Origin: an uncultured Gemmatimonadales bacterium
Lineage (GTDB): Bacteria; Gemmatimonadota; Gemmatimonadetes; Longimicrobiales; RSA9
Assembly: GCA_963816355.1 (NCBI GenBank)
Contig: CAWFKH010000001.1
Location: forward strand, 64,001 to 128,000
Direction: 5' to 3'
DNA length: 64,000 nucleotides
This document shows, one piece after another, positions 1 to 12,778 of the stretch. The notes beneath the pieces were generated by a model. That model saw only the letters and a list, made by a program, of their open reading frames with translations. It did not search any database and was not told the DNA's origin. Both the position numbers and the translations under genes were made by a program. The first letter of the stretch is position 1; each line of letters starts with the position of its first letter.

Positions 1-173
1 AAGAAACGGCGCGACCTGACCGGAACCCCGGCGACCCTTCCAACTACTATCGCATGCCGCATCCGGGCATTCTTGTGGAACGGCAACACCGGCGCGCCTC
101 TTCACGAGGATGGTGGGAGGAGGCGCCGCCTCGAGTCGAAGGCGAAGGGAAAGAACGGCAAGGCGAGCACGGT

Positions 174-227
174 CCCCCCCCCCCCCCCCCCCCCTCTCCC
201 CCCCCTCCGTGCCTCTCCCCCCCCCCC
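174..227. repeat. Poly-C tract (C21, then C8 and C11 runs)
   Basis: Directly visible: 21 C at 174-194, 8 C at 198-205, 11 C at 217-227. Confidence 0.9.
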
Positions 228-563
228 AGGCTCGCTGCGGAAAGGCGGCTCATGTCCAGCGCCCACCCGCCACCGCGTACCATGTCGCCCGCGCCGGGAA
301 GCGACGCGGCCCAGCATGATACAGCCCCGGCGCGCGCCTGCGACCGGCGCATCCCGGCCGGACCGAGCGGCCCGGGTGACCACCCCGTCGCTGGGCGCAT
401 CGACGTCCGATGGCTGCCCACGTAGGGATCTGTCGGGCCGCGCGCCTGAACCAAGCTTCTGTCCCCGCCCGACGAAGGAAGTCAGCGGAGGCAGCGCCGG
501 GCGAGGGCGGCGTCTCCGCAGATCCAAAGCGCCGTGGCCACAAAGTAGTATGACGCCTACATC

Positions 564-2006
564 CTATGGGACGCGGAGGGATAGCGCCCGGTACCCTGTG
601 GCGGCGTCGTGGTCGGCGGGGTGGTGGCGGTCGTGGATGCGGCGGAGGCCGGCGGTCCAGACGTGGCGGACGACGTCGGTGCCGGCGCAGAGGGTAAGGA
701 GGGCGGGGAGGGAGTCGGGGTCCCAGCCGGCGAGGGTGGGGTGGTGGAGGTCGATGGCGACGAGGTCGGCGGGCTGGCCGGCGGCGATGGCGGTGGCGCC
801 GGCGGCGAGGGCGGCGGCGCCGGCGGCGGTGCCCATCTCGAGGAGGCGCGGGGCCACCTCGGCGCGGGGGAGGCGACCGGGGTGGGGCGGGGGCTCGGGG
901 CGGGCGAGGACGACGCGGCGCAGGGTGCGGAGGCGCTCGTGGCATTCGACGAGGCGCATCTCCTCGAGGGGGTCGATGCGGGTCTGGCTGTCGCTGCCGA
1001 GGGCGATGGGGACGCCGGCGCGGACGAGGTCGGAGGCGGGGAGGAAGCCGTCGCCGAGGTCGCGTTCGGTGGAGGGGCAGGCGCAGACGGTGGCGCCGGT
1101 GCTGGCGAGGAGGCGGATCTCGGCGGCGTCGGCGTGGGTGGCGTGGACGGCGGTGAAGCGTGCGTCGAGGAGTCCCTCGTCGGCGAGGAGCTGGAGGGGG
1201 CGGAGGCGGTGGGCGTGGAGGCACGCGGCGACCTCGGCGGGCTGCTCGTCGGCGTGGGCGTGGCAGACGGCGTCGCGCGCGCGGGCCCAGTCGGCGAGCG
1301 GGCGCAGCCACGGGCGGGGGACGGCGCGCACGCTGTGGGGCGCGACGCCGACGGTGACGAGGGGCCGGCCGCGCGCGCGGTCGCGGAGCGTGTCGACGCC
1401 GGCGAGGAAGGCGTCGAGGTCTGGGGTGGCGAACCTGCGCTGCGCGCCGGCGAGGGGGGTGTCGAAGCCGCCGGTGGCGTAGCACGCGTCGAGGAGCACG
1501 ATGCGGAGGCCGACGTCCTCGGCGGCGGCGATCACGCGCGCGGCCAGCTCGACGGGGTCGTCGTAGGGCGCGCCGGCGGGGTCGCGGTGCAGGTAGTGGA
1601 ACTCGCCGACGGTGGTGATGCCGGCGTGGAGCATCTCGAGGAAGCAGAAGCGGGAGGCGGTCTCGAGGTCGTCGGGCGAGAGCGCCAGGGCGGCGCGGTA
1701 CATGGCGTCGCGCCAGCTCCAGAAGTCGGCGGCGTCTTCGCCGGCGGGCCGCCACTGGGTGCGGCCGCGGATGAGGCGCTGGAAGGCGTGGGAGTGGGCG
1801 TTGACGAAGCCGGCGACGAGGGCGCAGCCGGGGAGGCGCTCGACGGCCGCGTCGGGGAAGGGCGGCGCGGCGGCGCGGCGGTCGAGCAGGGGCGCGGCGG
1901 GGGCGACGGCGCGGATCGCGCCGTCCTCGATGGCGACGGCGAGGCCGGCGGCGAAGGCGCCGGCGGTGTAGACGAGGTCCGGGACGAGGATGCGCGGGCC
2001 GCTCAC
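564..2006 (-). CDS. hutF: Formimidoylglutamate deiminase (amidohydrolase)
   Basis: GFVNAHSHAFQR, DFWSWR, GITTVGEFHYLH, APHSVRAV, HADEQ, CPSTERDLGDG and LGSDS motifs; lies downstream of hutU. Start placed at GTG 2006 (ORF track extends to 2069). Confidence 0.92.
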   Translation of the reverse strand: MSGPRILVPDLVYTAGAFAAGLAVAIEDGAIRAVAPAAPLLDRRAAAPPFPDAAVERLPGCALVAGFVNAHSHAFQRLIRGRTQWRPAGEDAADFWSWRDAMYRAALALSPDDLETASRFCFLEMLHAGITTVGEFHYLHRDPAGAPYDDPVELAARVIAAAEDVGLRIVLLDACYATGGFDTPLAGAQRRFATPDLDAFLAGVDTLRDRARGRPLVTVGVAPHSVRAVPRPWLRPLADWARARDAVCHAHADEQPAEVAACLHAHRLRPLQLLADEGLLDARFTAVHATHADAAEIRLLASTGATVCACPSTERDLGDGFLPASDLVRAGVPIALGSDSQTRIDPLEEMRLVECHERLRTLRRVVLARPEPPPHPGRLPRAEVAPRLLEMGTAAGAAALAAGATAIAAGQPADLVAIDLHHPTLAGWDPDSLPALLTLCAGTDVVRHVWTAGLRRIHDRHHPADHDAATGYRALSLRVP

Positions 2007-2037
2007 GGTCGTGGTGGGGGGCGGGTGGCGGCGCGTC

Positions 2038-2685
2038 TCAGGCGCCGTCCATCTCGGCGACGGTCTCAATGACCTTGCCGACGAGGCCGTAGTCGCGGGC
2101 GGCGGCGGCGTCGAGCCAGAAGTTGCGGTGGGTGTCGTCCTCGATCTTCTCGAGCGGCTGGCCGGTGCGCTCGGCGAAGAGGCGGTTGAGGCGCTCGCGC
2201 ATGCGCAGGATCTCGCGAGCCTCGATCTCGACGTCGGCGGCGGTGCCGCGGGTGCCGCCGGCGGGCTGGTGCAGCAGGAAGCGCGTGTTGGGGAGCGAGA
2301 AGCGGCGCTCGCGCGGCACGGCGACGAAGATGAGGGCGCCGGCGCTGGCCACCCAGCCGGTGCCGACCATGCGGACGGGCGCGTCGATGAAGCGGATGAC
2401 GTCGTGGATCGTGTCGCCGGACTCGACGTGGCCGCCCTGCGAGTTGATGAAGATGGTGATCGGCTGGTCGGACTCCGCGGACATGGCGAGGAGCTGCCCC
2501 ATCACGTCCGCCGCCAGCTTCTGGTTGACCTCGCCGCTGATGATGAGCGTGCGCGAGCGGAAGAGCCGGTCCTTCACGCGGTCCGTCAGCGCGGCCACGG
2601 TCGGCCGCTCGCGCTCCTCCGGCTCCTCCCAGCCCTCGTCCGGATCCTGCGGCACCCTGCGGTCCTTCATCGCATCCCGATCCAC
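2038..2685 (-). CDS. clpP: ATP-dependent Clp protease proteolytic subunit (ClpP2-like)
   Basis: C-terminal part of ORF 2038..4539: IFINSQGG, VASAGA, RFLLHQP, YGLV. GTG 2685 has AAGGAG 6 nt upstream; alternative ATG 2670. Confidence 0.92.
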   Translation of the reverse strand: MDRDAMKDRRVPQDPDEGWEEPEERERPTVAALTDRVKDRLFRSRTLIISGEVNQKLAADVMGQLLAMSAESDQPITIFINSQGGHVESGDTIHDVIRFIDAPVRMVGTGWVASAGALIFVAVPRERRFSLPNTRFLLHQPAGGTRGTAADVEIEAREILRMRERLNRLFAERTGQPLEKIEDDTHRNFWLDAAAARDYGLVGKVIETVAEMDGA

Positions 2686-2726
2686 TTGCGGCTCCTTGCG
2701 TTGTCTCGTGATCGCCGCGCTGCCGC

Positions 2727-4487
<1,761 letters not shown>

Positions 4488-4708
4488 CGCTCTCCTCCGT
4501 TCGCTCGGCCCCCCGTGAGAATGCGCGCTCGCCGCCCATTCCTCAAGTGAGGCGGGGCCGCGGGGCGGCGCCACTGCCGTTCCGGCAGTCCCCGGCGCCG
4601 CGGCCGCCGGTTCCCGCCATTGTGGCACCGGAATTCCCGATTTCCAATGCTTGTTTGAACATGCGGAAGTCCAGGCAACACAAGGGGATCCGGGGGGTAT
4701 TCAGTGCG

Positions 4709-4724
4709 TGGCAAGCAACGTGCT
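4709..4724 (+). promoter_or_regulatory. Putative sigma54 -24/-12 promoter of lon
   Basis: TGGCAAGCAACGTGCT fits TGGC-N-TGC with GG-N10-GC spacing, about 70 nt upstream of the lon start. Confidence 0.55.
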
Positions 4725-4793
4725 TTGTGGATGTCGCGAGGCGCCGGGCCCCGCGGGCGGGGCGCCGAACCACGAATCGAGGAATCGAGGTCG

Positions 4794-7412
<2,619 letters not shown>

Positions 7413-7423
7413 GGGCGCGTCGG

Positions 7424-7454
7424 GCCGCGGCCGCGGCCGGGCGGCGGCCGCGGC
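7424..7454. terminator. GC hairpin between convergent genes (possible terminator, no U-tract)
   Basis: GCCGCGGCCGC / GCGGCCGCGGC 11-bp stem, 9-nt loop, right after the lon stop. Confidence 0.35.
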
Positions 7455-7514
7455 ATCCGGGGGCGGCCGCTTCGTCCGGGGGGCGGTAGCGGCGTCCGCG
7501 CACCCGCCCCGCGG

Positions 7515-7763
7515 CTACACCACCCGTTCCCAGCTTTCGCGCAGGCGGCCGAGCATCTCACGCGGAAGGAAGGCGTGGATGAAGCCGCACTGCGCGCAGA
7601 TCACGGTGTCGGGCGGCTTCTGCTTCACGAGTCCGCCCACGTGGCCCACGTCGACGATCATCTTCCGGGTCAGCCGCTCCGGTGAGCGGAAGAGGTCACC
7701 GCTGCCGCACGCCACGCAGGCGCGCACGGGCGGCGGCGCCCGGCGCGCCGCGTCGTCGCTCAC
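7515..7763 (-). CDS. Small zinc-ribbon protein (CxxC...CxxC)
   Basis: CVACGS and CAQCGF pairs; GAGGAGG RBS 5 nt before GTG; TATGCT -10 further upstream. Confidence 0.7.
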   Translation of the reverse strand: MSDDAARRAPPPVRACVACGSGDLFRSPERLTRKMIVDVGHVGGLVKQKPPDTVICAQCGFIHAFLPREMLGRLRESWERVV

Positions 7764-7905
7764 TGGGTCCTCCTCGAGGTGGGCGGTGTGCTGGTCGTGG
7801 ACGTAGCATAGCGCGACGGCACGGGCGGGGCCATGAGCGGATCGCGCGCGGGTCCGCGGCGGTGCCCGGGGTGTCCGGGCGCCGAGCCGCCGCCGTCGTG
7901 CGGGG

Positions 7906-8673
7906 TCAGGTCGCGGCGTCCGGGGTGTCGGCGCGGCGCCGCTCCGTCCACTTCACCAGCCAGATGCTGACTTCGTAGAGGAGCAGCAGCGGCAGCGACA
8001 TCAGCACCTGCGAGAAGACGTCCGGAGGCGTGAGCACGGCGCCGGCGATGAAGATGAGCACGATGGCGTAGCGTCGGCCGCGCCGCAGCATGTCGGACGT
8101 GACGACGCCCAGCGCGCCGAGCACGAGCATCACGACGGGCGTCTCGAACGCGACGCCGAAGCCGAGCAGCAGCTTGAGGACGAAGCCGAGGTACGGCCCG
8201 ATCGTGATCATCGGTTCCAGGCTCTCCTGCTGGAAGCCGGTGAGGAAGCGCAGCGCGATCGGGAGCACGCCGAAGTAGCCGAGCGCCATTCCCGCCACGA
8301 AGAGCACCAGCCCGAAGTAGAGCGCCGGCACGATCGCCCGCTTCTCCTCGCGCTTCAGCGCGGGCGAGACGAACGACCAGACCTGGTGGACGATCACCGG
8401 GAAGGCGAGCAGCACGCCCACCATGAGGGCGAGCCGCAGCGTGATGAAGAACGGGTCCGCCGGGCTGAGGTAGCGCAGCTTGCCGCCGCTCAGCAGCGGG
8501 CGGATCGGCCGCACCAGCAGCCCCAGCACGTCGAAGCGGCTCACCACGACGAAGCCGACGACGGCGCCGGCCGCCAGCGCCAGCAGGCTCCACAGGATGC
8601 GCCAGCGCAGCTCCTCGAGGTGCTCGAGGAACGGCATCTCGTCGCCCGTTCCGACCCGGCCTCGCAGTTTCAC
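7906..8673 (-). CDS. tatC: Twin-arginine translocase subunit TatC
   Basis: MPFLEHLEELRWR, FVSPAL, GVAFETP, AVLTPPD, LLYEVSI; about six TM segments. Confidence 0.96.
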   Translation of the reverse strand: MKLRGRVGTGDEMPFLEHLEELRWRILWSLLALAAGAVVGFVVVSRFDVLGLLVRPIRPLLSGGKLRYLSPADPFFITLRLALMVGVLLAFPVIVHQVWSFVSPALKREEKRAIVPALYFGLVLFVAGMALGYFGVLPIALRFLTGFQQESLEPMITIGPYLGFVLKLLLGFGVAFETPVVMLVLGALGVVTSDMLRRGRRYAIVLIFIAGAVLTPPDVFSQVLMSLPLLLLYEVSIWLVKWTERRRADTPDAAT

Positions 8674-8686
8674 GCCCGCACGCTAC

Positions 8687-8787
8687 GCCGCCGCGCGGGC
8701 ACGCACAAGCCGCCGCGCGGGCACGCACAAGCCGCCGCGCCGGCACGCACAAGCCGCCGCGCCGGCGCGCACAAGCCGCCGCGCCGG
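8687..8787. repeat. 22-bp tandem repeat, about 4.6 copies (GCCGCCGCGCSGGCRCGCACAA)
   Basis: Units start at 8687, 8709, 8731, 8753 and 8775 (partial), followed by (CACGG)3. Confidence 0.9.
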
Positions 8788-8908
8788 GGGCACGGCACGG
8801 CACGGCGCGGCGCGGGCGCGCGAGTGGGTCCCGATTGACTCGTTTCGATGCAGGTGTTCGCGGGCCGACAGCCGGCGAGGGCGGCGCCCTGGATGGCAAG
8901 CCGTGCGG

Positions 8909-8921
8909 TATCAACGACTTG
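8909..8921 (+). promoter_or_regulatory. IHF-consensus site
   Basis: TATCAACGACTTG is an exact match to WATCAANNNNTTR. Confidence 0.55.
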
Positions 8922-8937
8922 CGCGTGAACGCGGCTG

Positions 8938-8953
8938 CGGACCCGGTGTTGCC
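8938..8953 (+). promoter_or_regulatory. Possible sigma54 promoter of the 9011 lipoprotein gene
   Basis: CGGACCCGGTGTTGCC has GG-N8-TTGC spacing, with the IHF site just upstream. Confidence 0.35.
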
Positions 8954-9010
8954 TTCCATGGGGGGCGACGACAGGCAGCACGGACCCACACACCAGCACC
9001 GGAGGATCCA

Positions 9011-9514
9011 ATGACGAATCGCATCGCATCGACGATCGGCGCGCTCGCGCTCGTGGCCGCGTTCACGGCGTGCGCCGACTCGCCGGCCGGCCCGGCGACG
9101 GACGCCGCCACGCTGTCCGCGTCGCGCGGCAGCGACGACGGCAGCGTCGGCACGACCAGCGGCAGCGTGGACACGCGCCAGGAGGCGAACCTGGTGGCGA
9201 CGAGCGCGGCGTTCCCGCGGGCGAAGGGCCGCGCCCGCTTCCGCGACCGCGGCGGCGAGCGGGAGCTTCAGATCGAGGTGGAGAACCTGCGGCCGGGGAT
9301 CCAGGTCGGCTTCTTCCTGGACGGATCGGCGCTGATCTGCAGCGGCGGCGTGGCGTGCACGGCGACGGTGAACCAGTTCGGCAAGGCGCGCATCAACCTG
9401 AACACGGACGGCGGGCCGGGCGTGGACGGGACGGCGGTGCCGGCGTCGGTGAGCGGCAGCACGGTCTCGGTGGCGACGGGCGGCACGACGGTGGCGGCCG
9501 GCACGTTCAACTGA
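9011..9514 (+). CDS. Hypothetical lipoprotein
   Basis: GGAGG RBS; signal peptide with lipobox FTAC; beta-rich body. Confidence 0.8.
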   Translation: MTNRIASTIGALALVAAFTACADSPAGPATDAATLSASRGSDDGSVGTTSGSVDTRQEANLVATSAAFPRAKGRARFRDRGGERELQIEVENLRPGIQVGFFLDGSALICSGGVACTATVNQFGKARINLNTDGGPGVDGTAVPASVSGSTVSVATGGTTVAAGTFN

Positions 9515-9533
9515 GGCGGGCGCGGCGACGGGT

Positions 9534-9562
9534 GGGCCCGGCCGGCGGCGCCGGCCGGGCCC
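9534..9562. terminator. 13-bp perfect GC hairpin after the lipoprotein gene
   Basis: GGGCCCGGCCGGC-GGC-GCCGGCCGGGCCC; no U-tract. Confidence 0.4.
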
Positions 9563-9778
9563 TCGTCGCGAGCCTCCCGGGACCGGCATGCGTGCCGGCT
9601 CCGGGAGGCTCGCCGTCGTCCGGGGCGCGGCGATCGGCGTGGCGCGGCGATCGCCGTGGCGGCGTCGACGCCCGCCGCGCTACTGTTCAGCCGGGGGTGA
9701 TCCGCATCCCCGTTCGCGACGACCGCCCTCGACGACGAGCCCGACCTCGCGCGGTGGGGGGCGGAGATCGGAGGAGAC

Positions 9779-10222
9779 ATGAAGAGGAAGATCTGGCTGT
9801 TCGCGCTCGTGGCGCTGCCGCTCGCGGCCGGCTGCGGGCGCGCGGACCGGGGACGCGCGGCGGGGGCCGACGCCGCCGAGCCTGCGGCGGCGCCGGCCGC
9901 GACGAGCGCGGCGGGGGCGAAACCGGGCGCGGCGGCGCCGGCCGCGACGGCAGCGGCGGTCGTCTACGTCGACGTGCGGACGCCGGAGGAGTACGCGGCG
10001 TCGCACGTGGAGGGCGCACTGAACATCCCGTACGACCAGATGGAGGCGCGCGCGGGCGAGCTGGACGGCTACCGCGGCCGGCACATCGTGCTGTACTGCC
10101 GCACCGGCCACCGGGCCGGCATTGCGTACGACGTGCTGAAGGGGAAGGGCTTCGAGGACATCGAGAACGGCGGCGGCCTGGAGGCGCTGGCCGGCAAGGG
10201 CCTGCCGGTCACCGGGAGCTGA
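9779..10222 (+). CDS. Rhodanese-like domain lipoprotein
   Basis: Lipobox AAGC; VDVRTPEEYAASHVEGALNIP and active-site YCRTGHRA; GGAGGAG RBS. Confidence 0.9.
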   Translation: MKRKIWLFALVALPLAAGCGRADRGRAAGADAAEPAAAPAATSAAGAKPGAAAPAATAAAVVYVDVRTPEEYAASHVEGALNIPYDQMEARAGELDGYRGRHIVLYCRTGHRAGIAYDVLKGKGFEDIENGGGLEALAGKGLPVTGS

Positions 10223-10288
10223 GCGGCGCGATGGGCGGCGATCGGCGGGCGGGCGGCTGCCCGCGGCCGTCGGCTCGGGGCGCGGCGC

Positions 10289-11641
10289 TCAGCTCGAGGC
10301 GCGGCGGACGGCGCGCGAGAGCGGCCAGCTGGCGGCGAGGACGGCGAGCACGACGAGGGTGTTGGCGGGCTCGCCGGCGGCGACGGTGACGAGCAGGGCG
10401 AGCGCGACGGCGAGGGCGAGCGCGGGGACGGCGGGGTAGCCGCGAGCGCGGTAGGGGCGCGGCGCCTCGGGCTCGCGACGTCGCAGGACGAAGAGGGCGG
10501 CGAAGCAGAAGACGTAGCGGACGACGATCAGGATCGCGGTCAGCCCGAGGACGACGGTGAAGGAGCCGGTGAGCAGGAAGCCGGCGATGACGAGCAGCGT
10601 CAGGACGAGGGCGACTTCGGGCGTGCCGCCGCGGTTGACCTGGGCGGCGCGCTCGAGGAAGAGGCCGTCGCGGCTCATGGCGAGGAGCAGGCGCGGGATC
10701 TCGATGAGGATCGCGTTGAGGGTGCCGAGGACGGAGACGACGATGACGAGGCGGATGACGAAGTCGCCGCGGGCGCCGAAGAGGGCGCGGGCGAGGGTGC
10801 CGCCGACGAAGGGGTCGCGGGCCATGGTGGCGACGGGGAGCACGGCGAGGTAGGCGGCGTTGACGACGAGGTAGATGGCGATGATGACCCAGACGCCGCG
10901 GAACAGCGAGCGCGGGATCTCGCGGGCGGGGTCGCGCATCTCCTCGCTGCAGTAGACGACGGCGAAGTAGTTCTCGTAGGAGAAGATGACGCCCTGCATC
11001 GCGACGCCGAAGGCGACGAGCAGGGGCAGGCCGTGGGGGAGCGCGAGCGGGGGCGCGGCCACGGCGGGGTGCGGCAGGACGAAGGCGGCGACGACCAGGC
11101 CGAGCAGGGCGAGCGCCTTGAGGAGCGTGGTGAGCTCCTGGATGCGGCCGCCGGTGCGGACGCCGATCCACTGCAGCGCGGCGAGGCCGCCCAGGGTGGC
11201 GAAGCCGACGACGGCGGCGTGTCCCTGCAGCTGCGGAAGGAGGCCGCCCGCGTACTCGCCCACGATGAGCAGCAGCGCGACGCCGCCGAGGCAGAGCGTG
11301 ATCCAGTCCGTGTAGCCGATGAAGAAGCCGACGCCGTCGCCGAAGGCGCGCCGCGCGAAGACGTACGGCCCGCCCGCTCGCGGCATCATCGTCGCCAGCT
11401 CCGCGAAGATGTTGGCGCCGAGCAGCGTGTTGATCGCGCCGAACACCCAGACGGCCATGAAGAGCGCCGCGCTCGGCAGCGCCGCCGCCACCTCGCCGGG
11501 GGTGCGCGCGATGCCGCCGCCGATCGCGGCGCCTACCGTGATGGCGAGGCCGAAGGCGGTGCCGAGGACGCGGAGGAGGGCGCCGGGGCGGCCGGGGCGG
11601 GGCGGGCGGACGATCGCCGGAGGCTCGGAGGCGGGTTGCAC
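10289..11641 (-). CDS. APC-family amino acid permease
   Basis: VGAAIGGGI, ELATMMPRAGGPYVF, SEEMRDPAREIPRS, PRLLLAMSRDG, RPYRARGYP; about 12 TM segments. Confidence 0.92.
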   Translation of the reverse strand: MQPASEPPAIVRPPRPGRPGALLRVLGTAFGLAITVGAAIGGGIARTPGEVAAALPSAALFMAVWVFGAINTLLGANIFAELATMMPRAGGPYVFARRAFGDGVGFFIGYTDWITLCLGGVALLLIVGEYAGGLLPQLQGHAAVVGFATLGGLAALQWIGVRTGGRIQELTTLLKALALLGLVVAAFVLPHPAVAAPPLALPHGLPLLVAFGVAMQGVIFSYENYFAVVYCSEEMRDPAREIPRSLFRGVWVIIAIYLVVNAAYLAVLPVATMARDPFVGGTLARALFGARGDFVIRLVIVVSVLGTLNAILIEIPRLLLAMSRDGLFLERAAQVNRGGTPEVALVLTLLVIAGFLLTGSFTVVLGLTAILIVVRYVFCFAALFVLRRREPEAPRPYRARGYPAVPALALAVALALLVTVAAGEPANTLVVLAVLAASWPLSRAVRRASS

Positions 11642-11680
11642 CGGCGCAAGATGATCGGGCGCCGGTCGCGGCGCAACGGC
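11469..11680. repeat. 212-bp direct repeat, copy 1 (permease 5' end plus upstream region)
   Basis: Matches 12475-12686 with one substitution seen (CCGGGGCGG vs CCGGGACGG). Confidence 0.93.
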
Positions 11681-11787
11681 GTGGGGAACGTCTGGGCGCG
11701 GAGCGGCGCGGCGGGGGCGCCGACCAGGGCGAGGGCGGCGAGCGCCACCATCGTCATGGTCGGCGCTCGTGCGTGTGCCGTTCTCAT
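11681..11787 (-). pseudogene. Truncated 5' end of a secreted protein gene (signal peptide ending AQTFPT)
   Basis: GGGAGGG RBS, then MRTAHARAPTMTMVALAALALVGAPAAPLRA-QTFPT, which runs into the repeat and loses coding character. Confidence 0.6.
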
Positions 11788-12260
11788 CGTGATCCCTCCC
11801 GCTGACGAACTTCGGCTATGGGCCTGAGCGTCACATCGACGGCGACGCTGTCCCACGGCGGGCCCACGCGAAAGCTCACGCCTGGAACGATCGAGCTGTC
11901 CGGGCGAAGTGCCTGGTCCGGCGCGGGATCGAACCTCACTTTTATGCAGTCGTGTCGCTCGAAGGTACGCAATAGCACGCTGAATCGACCATCGACCCCG
12001 GTCGGCCTTGAGGCGGTTTCGTCCGACGACGCCATACACGTGCCATCGAGCGCAAAGACAGACACGCTTGCAGATGATACCGGACTTCCACCCGTATCGG
12101 TAACGACGCCGTAGACTACAATGCCGGGCGTGGGGAACGTGTCCACTAGTGTATCGCAAGCTCCCGTTGAAACAGCCGCGACGAGTGATGCCGCCCCCAG
12201 AAAGACCCGGCGCCTTCTCACCACGCTTCGAGCGGGAATCCCATTTTTAAGACTTGCCAA
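11784..12260 (-). CDS. Hypothetical lipoprotein with carboxypeptidase-regulatory-like (beta-sandwich) domain
   Basis: Lipobox-like TGAC; VYGVVTDTGGSPVSSASV...TGVDGRF pattern; visibly lower GC; start uncertain. Confidence 0.65.
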   Translation of the reverse strand: MASLKNGIPARSVVRRRRVFLGAASLVAAVSTGACDTLVDTFPTPGIVVYGVVTDTGGSPVSSASVSVFALDGTCMASSDETASRPTGVDGRFSVLLRTFERHDCIKVRFDPAPDQALRPDSSIVPGVSFRVGPPWDSVAVDVTLRPIAEVRQREGSR

Positions 12261-12474
12261 CTTGCACCTCGTGGTTGACGATACACGAACTTCTCGACGT
12301 CAGCGCCACCAGGTCATACTGCTGCGTCATCCGCACGGCATCCTGCCGTCGGCGTCCGGTACTTGCAAACCGGGTTGCGGGCGTTTCACCGTGCACCTGT
12401 CCGCATCGTTCGCGGCCGATTCCCGTCGCCCGTTCTGCGCAACCCATAAGTAGCGCAAGCTTGTCATATCCTCT

Positions 12475-12686
12475 GCGCTCGGCAGCGCCGCCGCCACCTC
12501 GCCGGGGGTGCGCGCGATGCCGCCGCCGATCGCGGCGCCTACCGTGATGGCGAGGCCGAAGGCGGTGCCGAGGACGCGGAGGAGGGCGCCGGGACGGCCG
12601 GGGCGGGGCGGGCGGACGATCGCCGGAGGCTCGGAGGCGGGTTGCACCGGCGCAAGATGATCGGGCGCCGGTCGCGGCGCAACGGC
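12475..12686. repeat. 212-bp direct repeat, copy 2 (orphan 5' fragment of the permease)
   Basis: Near-identical to 11469-11680; ORF 12327..12710 carries the same VQPASEPPAIV...AALPSA peptide and then diverges. Confidence 0.93.
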
Positions 12687-12778
12687 AACCCTTTTGAAAC
12701 TTTGCGCCATCCCACACGAAAGGAGCGGAGGGCTCTCGCTCCCGCTCGCGCGTGTTCCCGGTCGCCGCCTGGATGTGC

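Noticed and set aside
4624..4639. Second sigma54 site TGGCACCGGAATTCCC
   Set aside because: Good -24 half, but CC replaces the conserved -12 GC.
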